Origin: Dehalococcoidia bacterium
GTDB lineage: Bacteria > Chloroflexota > Dehalococcoidia > Lucifugimonadales > VXLM01
Direction: 5' to 3'
NCBI GenBank assembly: GCA_963662435.1
Contig: OY759598.1
Coordinates: 1,582,507-1,646,506 of the forward strand
DNA: 64,000 bases
Below are positions 21,417-31,322 of the stretch, one piece after another. Under the pieces are notes generated by a model. The model saw nothing but the letters and a program-made list of their open reading frames with translations. It did not search any database and was not told the origin of the DNA. The translations under genes were made by a program, and so were the position numbers. The first letter of the stretch is position 1. Every line of letters starts with the position of its first letter.

Positions 21417-23000
21417 TCACAGTGGGGCGACGCGGTCTATGGTGAGGCCGAGGGGGCGTTCGAATTCCTTGTAGCGGACGTGGACTTCTACACCGTTGAC
21501 GCTGCGTGTGAAACCGGCGGTCTTTTCCTGGCGCTTGGTCTCTATCTCCAGGACGTTGTCGCCCTGGACCAGATCGTCCAATTCGAGGGTGAATTCGAAG
21601 AAGTGGGCGGACATGCCAAACGGGGCCTGAACGTCCATGCCTCCGGCCATGACAGTGGCCATGCGGAGGGCGCGCTCGTCGGTGATCTCAGCCTTTTCCA
21701 GGGGGAGGACACGCTCGTTGAAGCGGAATTCTATTTCATCCTCAACGCAGAAGAAGGAGAATCGGATGCTCAGGACGGGCCTTCGCAACTCGCCATCCTT
21801 CCTTGCCGATTCCAGGTCGTCGGCGATGGGAACATTCAGGGTAACGGTCTCCCCTTCCACGAGGGCTACGGGGAGATGCCGGTCGGGAGTGGTTGTCTCT
21901 TCACCCTCGCTTCCCTCGCGGGGGGCGAGCAGGTAGCGTTTGTTGCGGCGTTGGTAGATGTCGGGACGGCCAAGTTCGCGGAGGACCTGGTACTCGCGCT
22001 CGCCGAAGGGCCAGGGGTAGTAGCCGTCGAAGACGCCAGCCCAGCCATGATAGCTGAGCGTTTGGGACAAGGCGCGGAACATCTCGGGGTCGGGCTTACC
22101 AACGCGGTGGTCGTAAATGCGGCGTGGAGGGCGATAGTAGGCGGGAACGCCGACACGGTTAGCAACATCGGGGAGCCAGTTGTTCGACATGCAGGTGTCG
22201 ATGAGGTTCGCCCTCTCGCTTCCGACGACGATATCGACATCGCCCTCGCGTATCCACGTGGCGACGTCGAGACCGATATCGAGGTTTGACTGTTCGTCGG
22301 CGAATACGCGGGCCATGATTGGAATCTTGCGGTCCTGCTGGGCGCCGATGGAGTCCACGAGGTCTCGGATTTCTTCCATGAAGCGGTTCATGGTCGAGAT
22401 GCCGGACTCCGTCTCCTCCATGCGGAAGTAGAGCGGGAAGAACATGAAGTCGAGCTCAATGCCATCGGCCTCGTAGTCGACGAGCATCTCGCGAATCATT
22501 GCCTTTTTGTCTTCCCACACGAGGTGGTTGGTAAAGTCGTATGCCCAGCGGGTCTGGTGCTTTGGCCAGCGAGGGTCGTTCACCCCGTGGCACACTGCTT
22601 GCTCATGCTGCCATCGCAGCCAGCCGCACCTCTCCGAGCCAGGGGCCTGAGCGTCCTGAAGCCGGAGGCTGGGGAAGACTTTCAGGCCGGTACGTCGACC
22701 TTGTTCGATAACCTCGCGTACCTGATCGGTGCCCTTCTCCTTAGCCACCTGCACCATTCGCAAAATGCGCCAGTCGATGTAGCTCTCCCAGACATCCTTC
22801 GCATCGCCGACGACTCGGCCGACCTTGCTATCGTGGAAGTAGACGTCACCGTATCCGAGGCCGAGCACGAGGAGATCGGCGCCGGTGCCGAGTAATTCGT
22901 TGACCGGCTGCCAGAGCTTGTCGATGCTGACGGGCGGCTCTACGCGCTTGCCGTGGAAGTGGTGGCCGTCGTTGTAGTAGATGAGGTGAGGACGGTGCAT
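21417..23000 (-). CDS. Hypothetical protein, glycoside-hydrolase-like TIM barrel plus C-terminal beta domain
   Basis: IYYNDG, FPSLRLQD, YDF and DGIELDF segments; start chosen at ATG 23000. Confidence 0.6.
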   Translation of the reverse strand: MHRPHLIYYNDGHHFHGKRVEPPVSIDKLWQPVNELLGTGADLLVLGLGYGDVYFHDSKVGRVVGDAKDVWESYIDWRILRMVQVAKEKGTDQVREVIEQGRRTGLKVFPSLRLQDAQAPGSERCGWLRWQHEQAVCHGVNDPRWPKHQTRWAYDFTNHLVWEDKKAMIREMLVDYEADGIELDFMFFPLYFRMEETESGISTMNRFMEEIRDLVDSIGAQQDRKIPIMARVFADEQSNLDIGLDVATWIREGDVDIVVGSERANLIDTCMSNNWLPDVANRVGVPAYYRPPRRIYDHRVGKPDPEMFRALSQTLSYHGWAGVFDGYYPWPFGEREYQVLRELGRPDIYQRRNKRYLLAPREGSEGEETTTPDRHLPVALVEGETVTLNVPIADDLESARKDGELRRPVLSIRFSFFCVEDEIEFRFNERVLPLEKAEITDERALRMATVMAGGMDVQAPFGMSAHFFEFTLELDDLVQGDNVLEIETKRQEKTAGFTRSVNGVEVHVRYKEFERPLGLTIDRVAPL

Positions 23001-23279
23001 AACGAGCGTTCCCAATTCTGTGTTGAAAGGCCCACGGGGAGCAATTTTCTTGTCTGCTTGTTGGACTGGCAAAGAATACTACGGCAGGGGGAGTTATGGA
23101 AGACTCGGTCGAGCAAGCGTCCGTGTGGGTTATTGTTCAGAGTTGATGAGGCGAGCGCCCCCAACACCTGTTGGATACCCGCTGTCGCGGGTATGACGGC
23201 GGCGTTGAGCGTTGTGGGCTCCCGGGAAGTCTGAACGGTTACCCGTGTGGGGTCATACTATCGCCGTAGGTTGGCGCTG

Positions 23280-23288
23280 TGCTACAAT
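23280..23288 (+). promoter_or_regulatory. Putative extended -10 promoter of ino1
   Basis: TGcTACAAT about 60 nt upstream of the ino1 start, followed by a GGAGGG RBS. Confidence 0.4.
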
Positions 23289-23349
23289 CCGGGATGGTTT
23301 TGACGGCTGAGCCGCAGTATAGACGAAAGAAACGGGGTGGAGGGACTCG

Positions 23350-24441
23350 GTGGCAAACAGTATTAAAGTAGCGATAATCGGCGTGGGAAACTGCGCGTCT
23401 TCCCTGGTGCAGGGCATCGAGAAATATAAGCACGTTGGGGAAGAGGACGAAGTGCCGGGAATCATGCACCCGGTCATGGGTGAGTATGGTGTCGGCGACA
23501 TCGAGGTTGTGGCGGCATTCGACATCAACGAGACCAAAGTGGGGCTCGACCTGTCGGAGGCGATCCTCGCGGAACCGAACAACACGGTAACGTTCCAGGA
23601 GGTCCCGCAGACGGGCGTGACGGTACAGCGGGGGATGACGCACGACGGCATCGGGCAGTACGTGTCGGACATGGTGAAGAAGGCGCCGGGAGGCACGGCG
23701 GACATCTCGGGGACGCTCCAGGAGCGCGAGGTGGACGTGGTGATCAACTACCTGCCGGTTGGTTCCGAAGAGGCGACGCGGTGGTACGCCGAGCAGGTGC
23801 TGGCGGCGAAGGTTGGGTTCATCAACTGCATACCGGTTTTCATCGCGAGCGGCGAGAACGATTACTGGCAAAAACGGTTCCGTGACGCCGGAGCGCCGAT
23901 CATCGGCGACGACATCAAGTCGCAGGTGGGGGCTACCATCGTGCATCGCGCGTTGGCGCGGCTGTTCATGGACCGGGGCGTCCAGCTAGACAATACCTAT
24001 CAGCTCAATTTCGGTGGGAACACGGACTTCCTGAACATGCTTGAGCGTGAGCGCCTGACGAGCAAGAAGGTCTCGAAGACGCAGTCTGTGCGGTCGCAGA
24101 TCGACAACGAGATACAGGCTGAGAACATCCACATCGGGCCCAGCGATCACGTTCCATGGTTGACCGACCGTAAGTGGGCATACATCCGTCTGGAGGGCAC
24201 GAGCTTCGGCGACGTACCTCTGAACGTCGAACTGAAGCTGGAAGTCTGGGACAGTCCCAACTCAGCCGGCGTGGTGATCGACGCCATCCGCTGCGCGAAG
24301 ATTGCTAGGGACCGTGGCGTCGGCGGTCCGATCCTGGCGCCGTCGGCGTATTTCATGAAGTCGCCGCCCGTCCAGTACCATGATGACGTGGCGCGGGAGA
24401 TGGTGGAGGACTTCATAGCGGGGCGTGACGGGGGGGAGTAA
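23350..24441 (+). CDS. ino1: Myo-inositol-1-phosphate synthase
   Basis: [33 protein letters not shown] and WDSPNSAG motifs. Confidence 0.96.
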   Translation: MANSIKVAIIGVGNCASSLVQGIEKYKHVGEEDEVPGIMHPVMGEYGVGDIEVVAAFDINETKVGLDLSEAILAEPNNTVTFQEVPQTGVTVQRGMTHDGIGQYVSDMVKKAPGGTADISGTLQEREVDVVINYLPVGSEEATRWYAEQVLAAKVGFINCIPVFIASGENDYWQKRFRDAGAPIIGDDIKSQVGATIVHRALARLFMDRGVQLDNTYQLNFGGNTDFLNMLERERLTSKKVSKTQSVRSQIDNEIQAENIHIGPSDHVPWLTDRKWAYIRLEGTSFGDVPLNVELKLEVWDSPNSAGVVIDAIRCAKIARDRGVGGPILAPSAYFMKSPPVQYHDDVAREMVEDFIAGRDGGE

Positions 24442-24915
24442 GAGGGGTTTTGGGTCTCTCTATTGGCTTCTCCGTCTAGAATTCGTCGGCGCGTGAGTGC
24501 CGGATTGCTCTTCGACAGGCTTTCAGGCAACAGCGGGAACCTCGTCTCTATATCTCTCCCCCGGCGAGGGAGAGATTGGGCAGTTACTGACACTCCGGCA
24601 TGGCCCCGTCGCAGGGCGTAGGGTTGCTCAGGGCGAACGTGGGTTTTCCTTCCTCTTTTCTGCCTCGAAGCGCGTCTGCTAGGCTGGCCTTAGATAGGCT
24701 TGTGGTGAACGTGGTAAGCTCCGCTTGCCTAGGGGCGTCTTTCTGGTCTAGGATTGCCCAAACTTCACTTGCCGGACGGGGCGATTTGGTCGATTGCAAG
24801 TGTCGCGCCATTCGCACCTCGTCCCCGCCTTTCCGGATACCGGCCGCTGCCGGGATATCGGTCATGCGGTTAACGCGATTGCAGTACTAAGAGGGGCCGT
24901 GATCTGAGGGGGTCT

Positions 24916-26136
24916 ATGGACCATCTGGCAGCTGTTGGAAACGGGCAGATAGTCGAGGGCACTGATCACAGTGGTTTCGACCGTCCGCTCAAAATCGGCC
25001 TTGCGTCGGCATACGACTTCGCCTCTCGCGGTGGCGTGCAGACGCATATTCGCGAGCTCGCCCAGCAACTGAGGGCGTGGGGTCACGACGTTCGGATCAT
25101 TGCGCCGTGCGCCGACCCAAGCAAGGTGGCAGACGAGGGGTTCATTCCCATGGGGAGGCCGTTCCCCCTGCCGAGCAGGGGTTCGGTCGGGCGGATTTCG
25201 GTGTCGGTGTGGCTACGTCCGAAGATCAAGGAGATGTTGGACGAGCAGCAATTCGACGTTATCCACATGCACGAGCCGTTTTCGAGCTATGTTTGCGTGG
25301 GGATGCTGAGCCAGTCGAACGCGGTGAATATCGCGACGTTCCACGCGTATCCGGGCTCTCGGGTGTACGACCTGGGGGGAGCGAGGATCGCGCAGCCCTA
25401 TTTCAAGATGCTTGATGGCAGGATCGCCGTGTCGCAGCCGGCGAAGGAGTACATCAGCAGTCACTTCGATGGGGAATATGAGCTGATACCCAACGGGGTG
25501 AGGATTGATCAGTACCAGCAGGGTGTGGAGCCTTTCCCTCACCTTCAGGACGGGATGATCAACCTGCTGTTTCTCGGCCGGGCAGACAAGCGGAAGGGGC
25601 TGAAGTACCTGCTGTTGGCTTACAGCAAGTTGAAGTGGGACTGGCCGAATCTGAGGCTGATTGTGCTGGGGCCTGGGAATCCGAACGACGAGTGCCAGAG
25701 GATCATCGCCGAGCGGAGCCTGCAGGACATAGAGTTCGTGGGGGCGGTATCGGACGAAGAGAAGTTCCGCTATCTCAAGACGGCGGACATCTACTGCTCG
25801 CCTGCAACGGGGGGCGAAAGTTTCGGAATCGTGCTCGTTGAGGCGATGGCAGCGGGTCTGCCGATCGTGGCGAGTGAGATTCCGGGGTACATGACGGTGG
25901 TGCGGAGCGGCGTCGAGGCGATGACATTCCCGCCGAAGGACGTTGGGGCGCTGGCGGAGGCGTTGGGACAGCTGCTTGAGGACGGCGATCTCAAGGGTCA
26001 GTTGGCGGAGAATTCCCTGAGGAGGGCAGACGACTTCCGGTGGGAGCGCGTGGCGAGGCAGGTGCTGGACTACTATAGGGCTTGCATGGACAGCGCGCAG
26101 CGGTCGCAGGAAGTCCTGGCGTCGAGTACGCCGTAG
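24916..26136 (+). CDS. GT4 glycosyltransferase, PimA-like phosphatidylinositol mannosyltransferase
   Basis: GGVQTH, HMHEP, RKG and GGESFGIVLVEAMAAG motifs; lies between ino1 and the CDP-alcohol transferase. Confidence 0.85.
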   Translation: MDHLAAVGNGQIVEGTDHSGFDRPLKIGLASAYDFASRGGVQTHIRELAQQLRAWGHDVRIIAPCADPSKVADEGFIPMGRPFPLPSRGSVGRISVSVWLRPKIKEMLDEQQFDVIHMHEPFSSYVCVGMLSQSNAVNIATFHAYPGSRVYDLGGARIAQPYFKMLDGRIAVSQPAKEYISSHFDGEYELIPNGVRIDQYQQGVEPFPHLQDGMINLLFLGRADKRKGLKYLLLAYSKLKWDWPNLRLIVLGPGNPNDECQRIIAERSLQDIEFVGAVSDEEKFRYLKTADIYCSPATGGESFGIVLVEAMAAGLPIVASEIPGYMTVVRSGVEAMTFPPKDVGALAEALGQLLEDGDLKGQLAENSLRRADDFRWERVARQVLDYYRACMDSAQRSQEVLASSTP

Positions 26137-26152
26137 TCCCCTACCCTAAACT

Positions 26153-26740
26153 ATGCACAGACTACGCAGTATTCTTTCTCCCATTGTCGACGCCATCGCG
26201 CGCGTTCTTGTGAAGCTGGGATTCTCGCCGAGCGGGTTGACGGTGATCGGGGTGCTGGTCGCGTGTGTTGCGGCGGCGCTTATCGCGCAGGGGATGCTGG
26301 CCGTTGGCGGGGTGGTGGTGCTGATCGCCGGGGTGTTCGACATGTTCGACGGGGCGGTCGCCCGAATGACGAACCGGGCGACGAAGTTCGGGGCCTTCTT
26401 CGACTCGGTGATGGACCGGGTGTCGGAGGCTATCGTGCTGCTGGGTCTGCTGTGGTTCTACCTCGAGGACGGCGAGCAGCTTGGGGCTGTGCTGGTGTAC
26501 GTGGCGATCGTGGGGTCGACGATGGTGAGCTATGCGCGGGCGCGCGCCGAAGGGCTGGGAATCGAGTGCAAGGGCGGTCTGATGCAGCGGCCGGAGCGGG
26601 TGGCGTCGCTGGGGGTGGGGATCATCGTGGGGCAATGGTGGGAGCCGGCGGTGCTGATCGTGCTGGGGGTAATCGCGGCGCTGACGGTGGTTACGACGGT
26701 GCAGCGGGTGGTGGAGACGGCGCGGGGGGCTGGGGAGTAG
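26153..26740 (+). CDS. CDP-alcohol phosphatidyltransferase (phosphatidylinositol phosphate synthase-like)
   Basis: DMFDGAVAR...GAFFDSVMDR, SYARARAE and RPER motifs. Confidence 0.92.
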   Translation: MHRLRSILSPIVDAIARVLVKLGFSPSGLTVIGVLVACVAAALIAQGMLAVGGVVVLIAGVFDMFDGAVARMTNRATKFGAFFDSVMDRVSEAIVLLGLLWFYLEDGEQLGAVLVYVAIVGSTMVSYARARAEGLGIECKGGLMQRPERVASLGVGIIVGQWWEPAVLIVLGVIAALTVVTTVQRVVETARGAGE

Positions 26741-26850
26741 GGGGATCAGGGGCGTCACGCCAGCCCTACTACTCACCGCCTTCACCACGGCAAATAGGAA
26801 CCGGATCCATCAAGTGAGACCGACATTCAAACTATTAACCACTGTAATAG

Positions 26851-28404
26851 TCAACCGTAATAGTCGGACGTAAACAACTCAAACTCCTCAAGTTGTATCA
26901 TGGGCGACATTTCATCAAGAATCTTCTCGTCGATAACTTTGCTCACTTCCATCGCCTCCCTAAGCCTTCTAGCTGATATCCATTCATTGTTCCAAATTTC
27001 AACATCCGTGCTATCATGGGTGAGTACTTTACATAGGGTCTCATCATATTGGATCGCTGGGTCGAACGTGTAACTCAAACGTTGCAACCATATTAGTAGA
27101 TGTCCAGTATTCGGTAAGTCGGATAATTTTCTAATTATCCTGCACATTACTTCCCGCTTTTCACTCTTCGACTCAATGGCCTCCATCAAAAGGCTTATGA
27201 TTGCAGCACAAACTGGATAGACTCTTGGATTTCGATAAGCGATGTCAGTGACGATGCCAATTAGTGGAATTGGCGACTCCAATAGTTCATCTTTCTTCTT
27301 GTTCTTCTTGGCAATCGCCTTATAGTACTTCTCCAAAGCAACGGCAATACTTCCGGAATGGGGATGATCAATGCTATGACCGTTTATCAAGAATAAGTGT
27401 TTTCTAATATTCCTCACGCCTTGTTTCCTTGCATTCCACTGAAGCTTGTCAGGTTTAATGGAAGAAGCAATTACATCACCGGTGAATTTAGTCTTCGTGG
27501 GATTAAGCCTTAGACCTAAGTCTATCATGGTATCCGACAGACTCTTTAAGATAGATTCACCAACTTCCGAACTATTGACAAAGATCCGGTAATCGTCGCG
27601 ATACCTTAGGATTTGGAAATCCTTCACACAGCCTGAACTTAGCTTGCGCATGAGCATACTATCTGCATAACCGAGAACCAATTCCGCCATTAGGTCCATT
27701 AGAACCGATCCTTGGGGTATACCGTTCGTCTGGCCCTGTCTCATATCTTGAATATGATTATCGACTATGTATCCGGTCATTTCTGTACAGTTCTTCTTGT
27801 TCTTCGCAACCGCTCTAGAGTGCAGTGCCCACGCAATTGAATGAGTGTATATTGAAGCGTAACAGGCAGTTATATCCGTTTGTGCCATGAATTTGTAATC
27901 CAATGACAATTCTATTGACCGCTGTTCAATAGCAGTCCACCATCTGTTTACCTGAGCTGCCTTGTCTTTCTCTCTTGTAGCCGACTCAACAGGTATACTT
28001 AGGCATTGAATCCTAGAATCGCTCGCAAAATTGCGGAATCGCTGCTTGATCAACTTCCAATGTTCCGGTTGCGTAATGTTGGTGACCAGAGACACGTAAA
28101 GGGCCGGATGCATTAGTTCCAATGGTCGCCATGCATACTTTCCATCTCTGTTGTGCAACAATACATGGTTGACTTGATCACAATCCCGAACCCGTTTACG
28201 TCTTAATCGCTTCAATGGAGTTTTTTCAAGTACATTTGCTACATCATTAAGCATGCCTTAAAAACGGTAGTATGGAGGGAGATCAATACTGCAGTAGCTT
28301 TCATGCTTAAGAAAAAACGCCTTCGCTTCAACATGGGTCATTTCGAGCACAGTCCGTATCTGATCGCCATCACTATCTGATTGTGCATTTGGCGTCTTTG
28401 ACAT
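26851..28404 (-). pseudogene. Abi/UG-class reverse transcriptase (YRDD) with in-frame TAA at codon 49
   Basis: WRPLELMHPALY, TDITACYASIYTHSIAWA, NGIPQGS, LRYRDDYRIF, helical C-terminus; frame open from ATG 28404 except TAA at 28260-28258; AT-rich. Confidence 0.85.
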
Positions 28405-28667
28405 AAGGTCATTGATCCTTTGTGCTACTCAATGAGTTCTATGTATTCAGAGTCAACTGAGAGACAGACGAATTATATCACCAACTCTCTGCACAGGACT
28501 GAATTACTACGCTTTGCATCTTGCTCGAGGCTACAGAGGATCATTTGCTGGTTTGTGGAAAGGGGATTCAAGTTCAGTAGGCGCCATTGGAATAAGCTTG
28601 ATAGCGTTTCAGTGCGGTGGTATCACGCCGCGAGGCTACCAAATTGTTAGTCAAGAGGAGAATCCGA

Positions 28668-29363
28668 ATGCTCGATTTGAGTCGGTTTGAGTGGGTGAGT
28701 TTTGATTGTTATGGGACGTTGGTGGACTGGGAGACGGGGATTTCGGAAGAGGTGGGAGGAGTGTTGGAGTCGCGGGGGGTGAGGATGTCGAGGGGGGAGA
28801 TCCTGGGGGTGTTTGCGGAGGTGGAGCCGAGGGTGCAGCAGGGTTCTGAGGGGTACTTGAGGTATCGTGAGGTGTTGCGGCGGGTGATGGGGTTGATGGG
28901 GATAGAGTTGGGGGTTGAGTTGAGTGAGTCGGAGCTGGGGTGTCTGGGGGATTCCCTGCCCGACTGGCCGGTGTTTCCGGATGCGGTTGGCGCGCTGACG
29001 GCGTTGAAGGAGGGATACAGGCTGGCGGTGATCTCGAATGTGGACGGCGATCTGTTCGCGAGGACGGCCGAGGGGTTGGGCGTGGAGTTCGATGCGGTCG
29101 TGACGGCAGAGCAGGTGGGGAGCTACAAGCCTGCCATACGGAACTTCGAGGTCGCGATGGAGCGGATGGGTGTTGAGAAGGAGCGGTGGCTGCACGTGGC
29201 GGAGAGTTTGTATCATGACATCGGATCGGCGAACCGCCTGGGGATTGCGAGTGTGTGGGTGAATCGGGGGGACCGGGGAGGTGGGACGCGGCGGACTGAG
29301 GCGGTGCCGGACCTGGTGGTGGCGGATTTAGGGGAGCTGGCTGGGATGGCGTGTGCGGGGTGA
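28668..29363 (+). CDS. Haloacid dehalogenase type II-like HAD hydrolase
   Basis: FDCYGTLVDWE, ISNVD, SYKP and HVAESLYHDI motifs. Confidence 0.92.
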   Translation: MLDLSRFEWVSFDCYGTLVDWETGISEEVGGVLESRGVRMSRGEILGVFAEVEPRVQQGSEGYLRYREVLRRVMGLMGIELGVELSESELGCLGDSLPDWPVFPDAVGALTALKEGYRLAVISNVDGDLFARTAEGLGVEFDAVVTAEQVGSYKPAIRNFEVAMERMGVEKERWLHVAESLYHDIGSANRLGIASVWVNRGDRGGGTRRTEAVPDLVVADLGELAGMACAG

Positions 29364-29416
29364 TGATTCACCGCAGAGGGGATTGTGCAGATACATGAGA
29401 GCGAGAGGGATTCGGA

Positions 29417-29878
29417 ATGAACATCGGCGCCAACAAGATTAGTCCATTTCTCTGGTTTGACGGGCGGTCGAAAGAAGCAGCGGAGTTCTACGTCTCGGTG
29501 TTCCCGAACTCGAAGTTGCTGAAGGTCGAGGAGATTTCCGCAGGCCCTGCAGAGGACAACGCGATCGTGGAGTTCGAGATCGAGGGTCTGAAGTTCGGGG
29601 CCGTGGACGGCGGGCCGATGTTCAAGTTTACTCCGGCCATATCGTTCGCTGTTGCGTGCGACTCGCAGGAGGAGATCGACTACTACTGGGAGAGGCTCTC
29701 GGAGGGCGGAATGAAGAGCCAGTGCGGATGGTTGGAGGACAGGTTCGGGGTTTCTTGGCAGGTGGTTCCCGAGGCGTTGAATGAGATCATGGAGGGGAAC
29801 CCGAAGGCCGTGATGGAGGCGCTGCTAATGATGCAGAAGATCGACATCGAGGGGTTAAGGCGCGCTGCTGAGGCGTAG
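29417..29878 (+). CDS. VOC family protein (PhnB-like)
   Basis: PFLWFD, GGPMFKF, DYYWERL and CGWLEDRFGVSWQV motifs. Confidence 0.92.
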   Translation: MNIGANKISPFLWFDGRSKEAAEFYVSVFPNSKLLKVEEISAGPAEDNAIVEFEIEGLKFGAVDGGPMFKFTPAISFAVACDSQEEIDYYWERLSEGGMKSQCGWLEDRFGVSWQVVPEALNEIMEGNPKAVMEALLMMQKIDIEGLRRAAEA

Positions 29879-29959
29879 GGATTCACCGCAGAGAGCGTGG
29901 AGGTCGCGGAGGGGGAATTGATCGTGTGATCGTCGTGCCAGTGCACGCGTGGTCCAGGA

Positions 29960-30400
29960 CACGGACGTTAGATTTCTCGCTACGCTCGGAATATCTCATG
30001 AGGGTTGCCACCCTCACCACGTGGAATGAAAATAGTGGCTCTGCATGAAAGGGTCCGAAGACTGGATTCCGGCCTCCGCCGGAATGACGGTGGGGGTGCT
30101 ACGACGGTTATTTTCCTAGCAATCGCTCAGTCGGTTGTCACCGACACCACCAATCATGAAAATGGCGGTAAGGGCGATTCGCGAATCGCCCCTACGGGAG
30201 ACTGGACGGGGGCTGTTTTCAGAGGAAAGATGGATTACCGCCTTCGTGGGAATGGCGGTTTGGGGTTGGCGGCAAGGGCGATTCGCGAATCGCCCCTACG
30301 GGAGGTTGGACCTAGATTCATCACAGAGAACACAGAGGAAAGAAAGGGGTAGCTCGGTGGCAGGGAATAGCCCTTCGACAGGCTCAGGGTGAACGCGTTT
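29960..30400. repeat. Large BIME-like mosaic of REP palindromes
   Basis: CTGGATTCCGGCCTCCGCCGGAATGAC 30062; GGGCGATTCGCGAATCGCCCCTAC 30172 and 30276; CCCTTCGACAGGCTCAGGG 30371. Confidence 0.85.
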
Positions 30401-30497
30401 TCCTCCGCGCCGTTTGCGGGATTGCTGGCCAAGGGATATTTCAGGACGATCTATTTTTGAGTACGTCGGGGCATGAAGGGAGTGAAGGGAGCGGAGA

Positions 30498-31133
30498 ATG
30501 GTCGGTGAGATTGGGCGGCATCCGAAGGATGGGAAGCCGATGCTGCTCGTGGAGACGCGGGGCGAGTGGAGTGGATGGCTTGAAGGGAACCACGGGGAAT
30601 CGGGCGGCGTGTGGCTGGTGTCGTGGAAGAAGGCTACGGGGAAGCCGTTCGTGCCGTTTATGGACGCGGTGGATGAGGCACTGTGCTTTGGGTGGGTGGA
30701 CTCGAAGATCAACAAGCTGGATGAGGAGAGGGCGATGCGGTTGTTCACGCCGAGGAACCCGAAGAGTCCGTGGTCGCGAATCAACAAGGGGAAGGTCGCG
30801 CGACTGGAGGATGAGGGACGGATGACCGCGTCGGGGATGAGGCTTGTGGAGGCGGCGAAGGCTGACGGGTCCTGGAATATTTACGACGAGATCGAGGACC
30901 AGGTCATACCACCGGACCTGGCCTCCGCCCTCTCGGCGGACGGAGCTGCGGGGGACTACTTTTCGAACTTCCCGGACTCGTCGAAGAAGAACATTCTGTG
31001 GTGGATAAAGTCGGCGCGAAGGCCGGAGACGCGGGCTACAAGGATTGCGAAGACGGTCGCGATGGCCGCAGAGAACCGGATGGCGAATCATCCGGCGGGG
31101 CGAGACAAGGGGCCGATGGGTCGTTCGGGCTAG
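30498..31133 (+). CDS. YdeI/OmpD-associated family protein
   Basis: AVDEALCFGWVDS, FTPRNPKSPWS and WIKSARRPETR motifs. Confidence 0.9.
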   Translation: MVGEIGRHPKDGKPMLLVETRGEWSGWLEGNHGESGGVWLVSWKKATGKPFVPFMDAVDEALCFGWVDSKINKLDEERAMRLFTPRNPKSPWSRINKGKVARLEDEGRMTASGMRLVEAAKADGSWNIYDEIEDQVIPPDLASALSADGAAGDYFSNFPDSSKKNILWWIKSARRPETRATRIAKTVAMAAENRMANHPAGRDKGPMGRSG

Positions 31134-31322
31134 GCGGTCAACTACGACCTGTTCTTGGTGAGGATATTTGACATTGTGGTCCGGCGATCGTGCCGGGCCA
31201 TTTTCTTTTAGCAGTATTGAGACCCAAGCAACGCTATCGTGGCTGATGGCGTTAATGGGTTAAATGGACATACAGGTCTGAAGATTGGGGCGCGGCGCCC
31301 AAATTGGGCAGGAGCATTGGCA

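Noticed and set aside
24760..24915. Possible riboswitch upstream of the GT4 gene
   Set aside because: Some GC pairing but no recognisable aptamer consensus
26851..28660. Retron, group II intron or DGR interpretation of the RT
   Set aside because: No VTG signature, msr/msd inverted repeats, intron domain V/maturase or TR/VR pair seen
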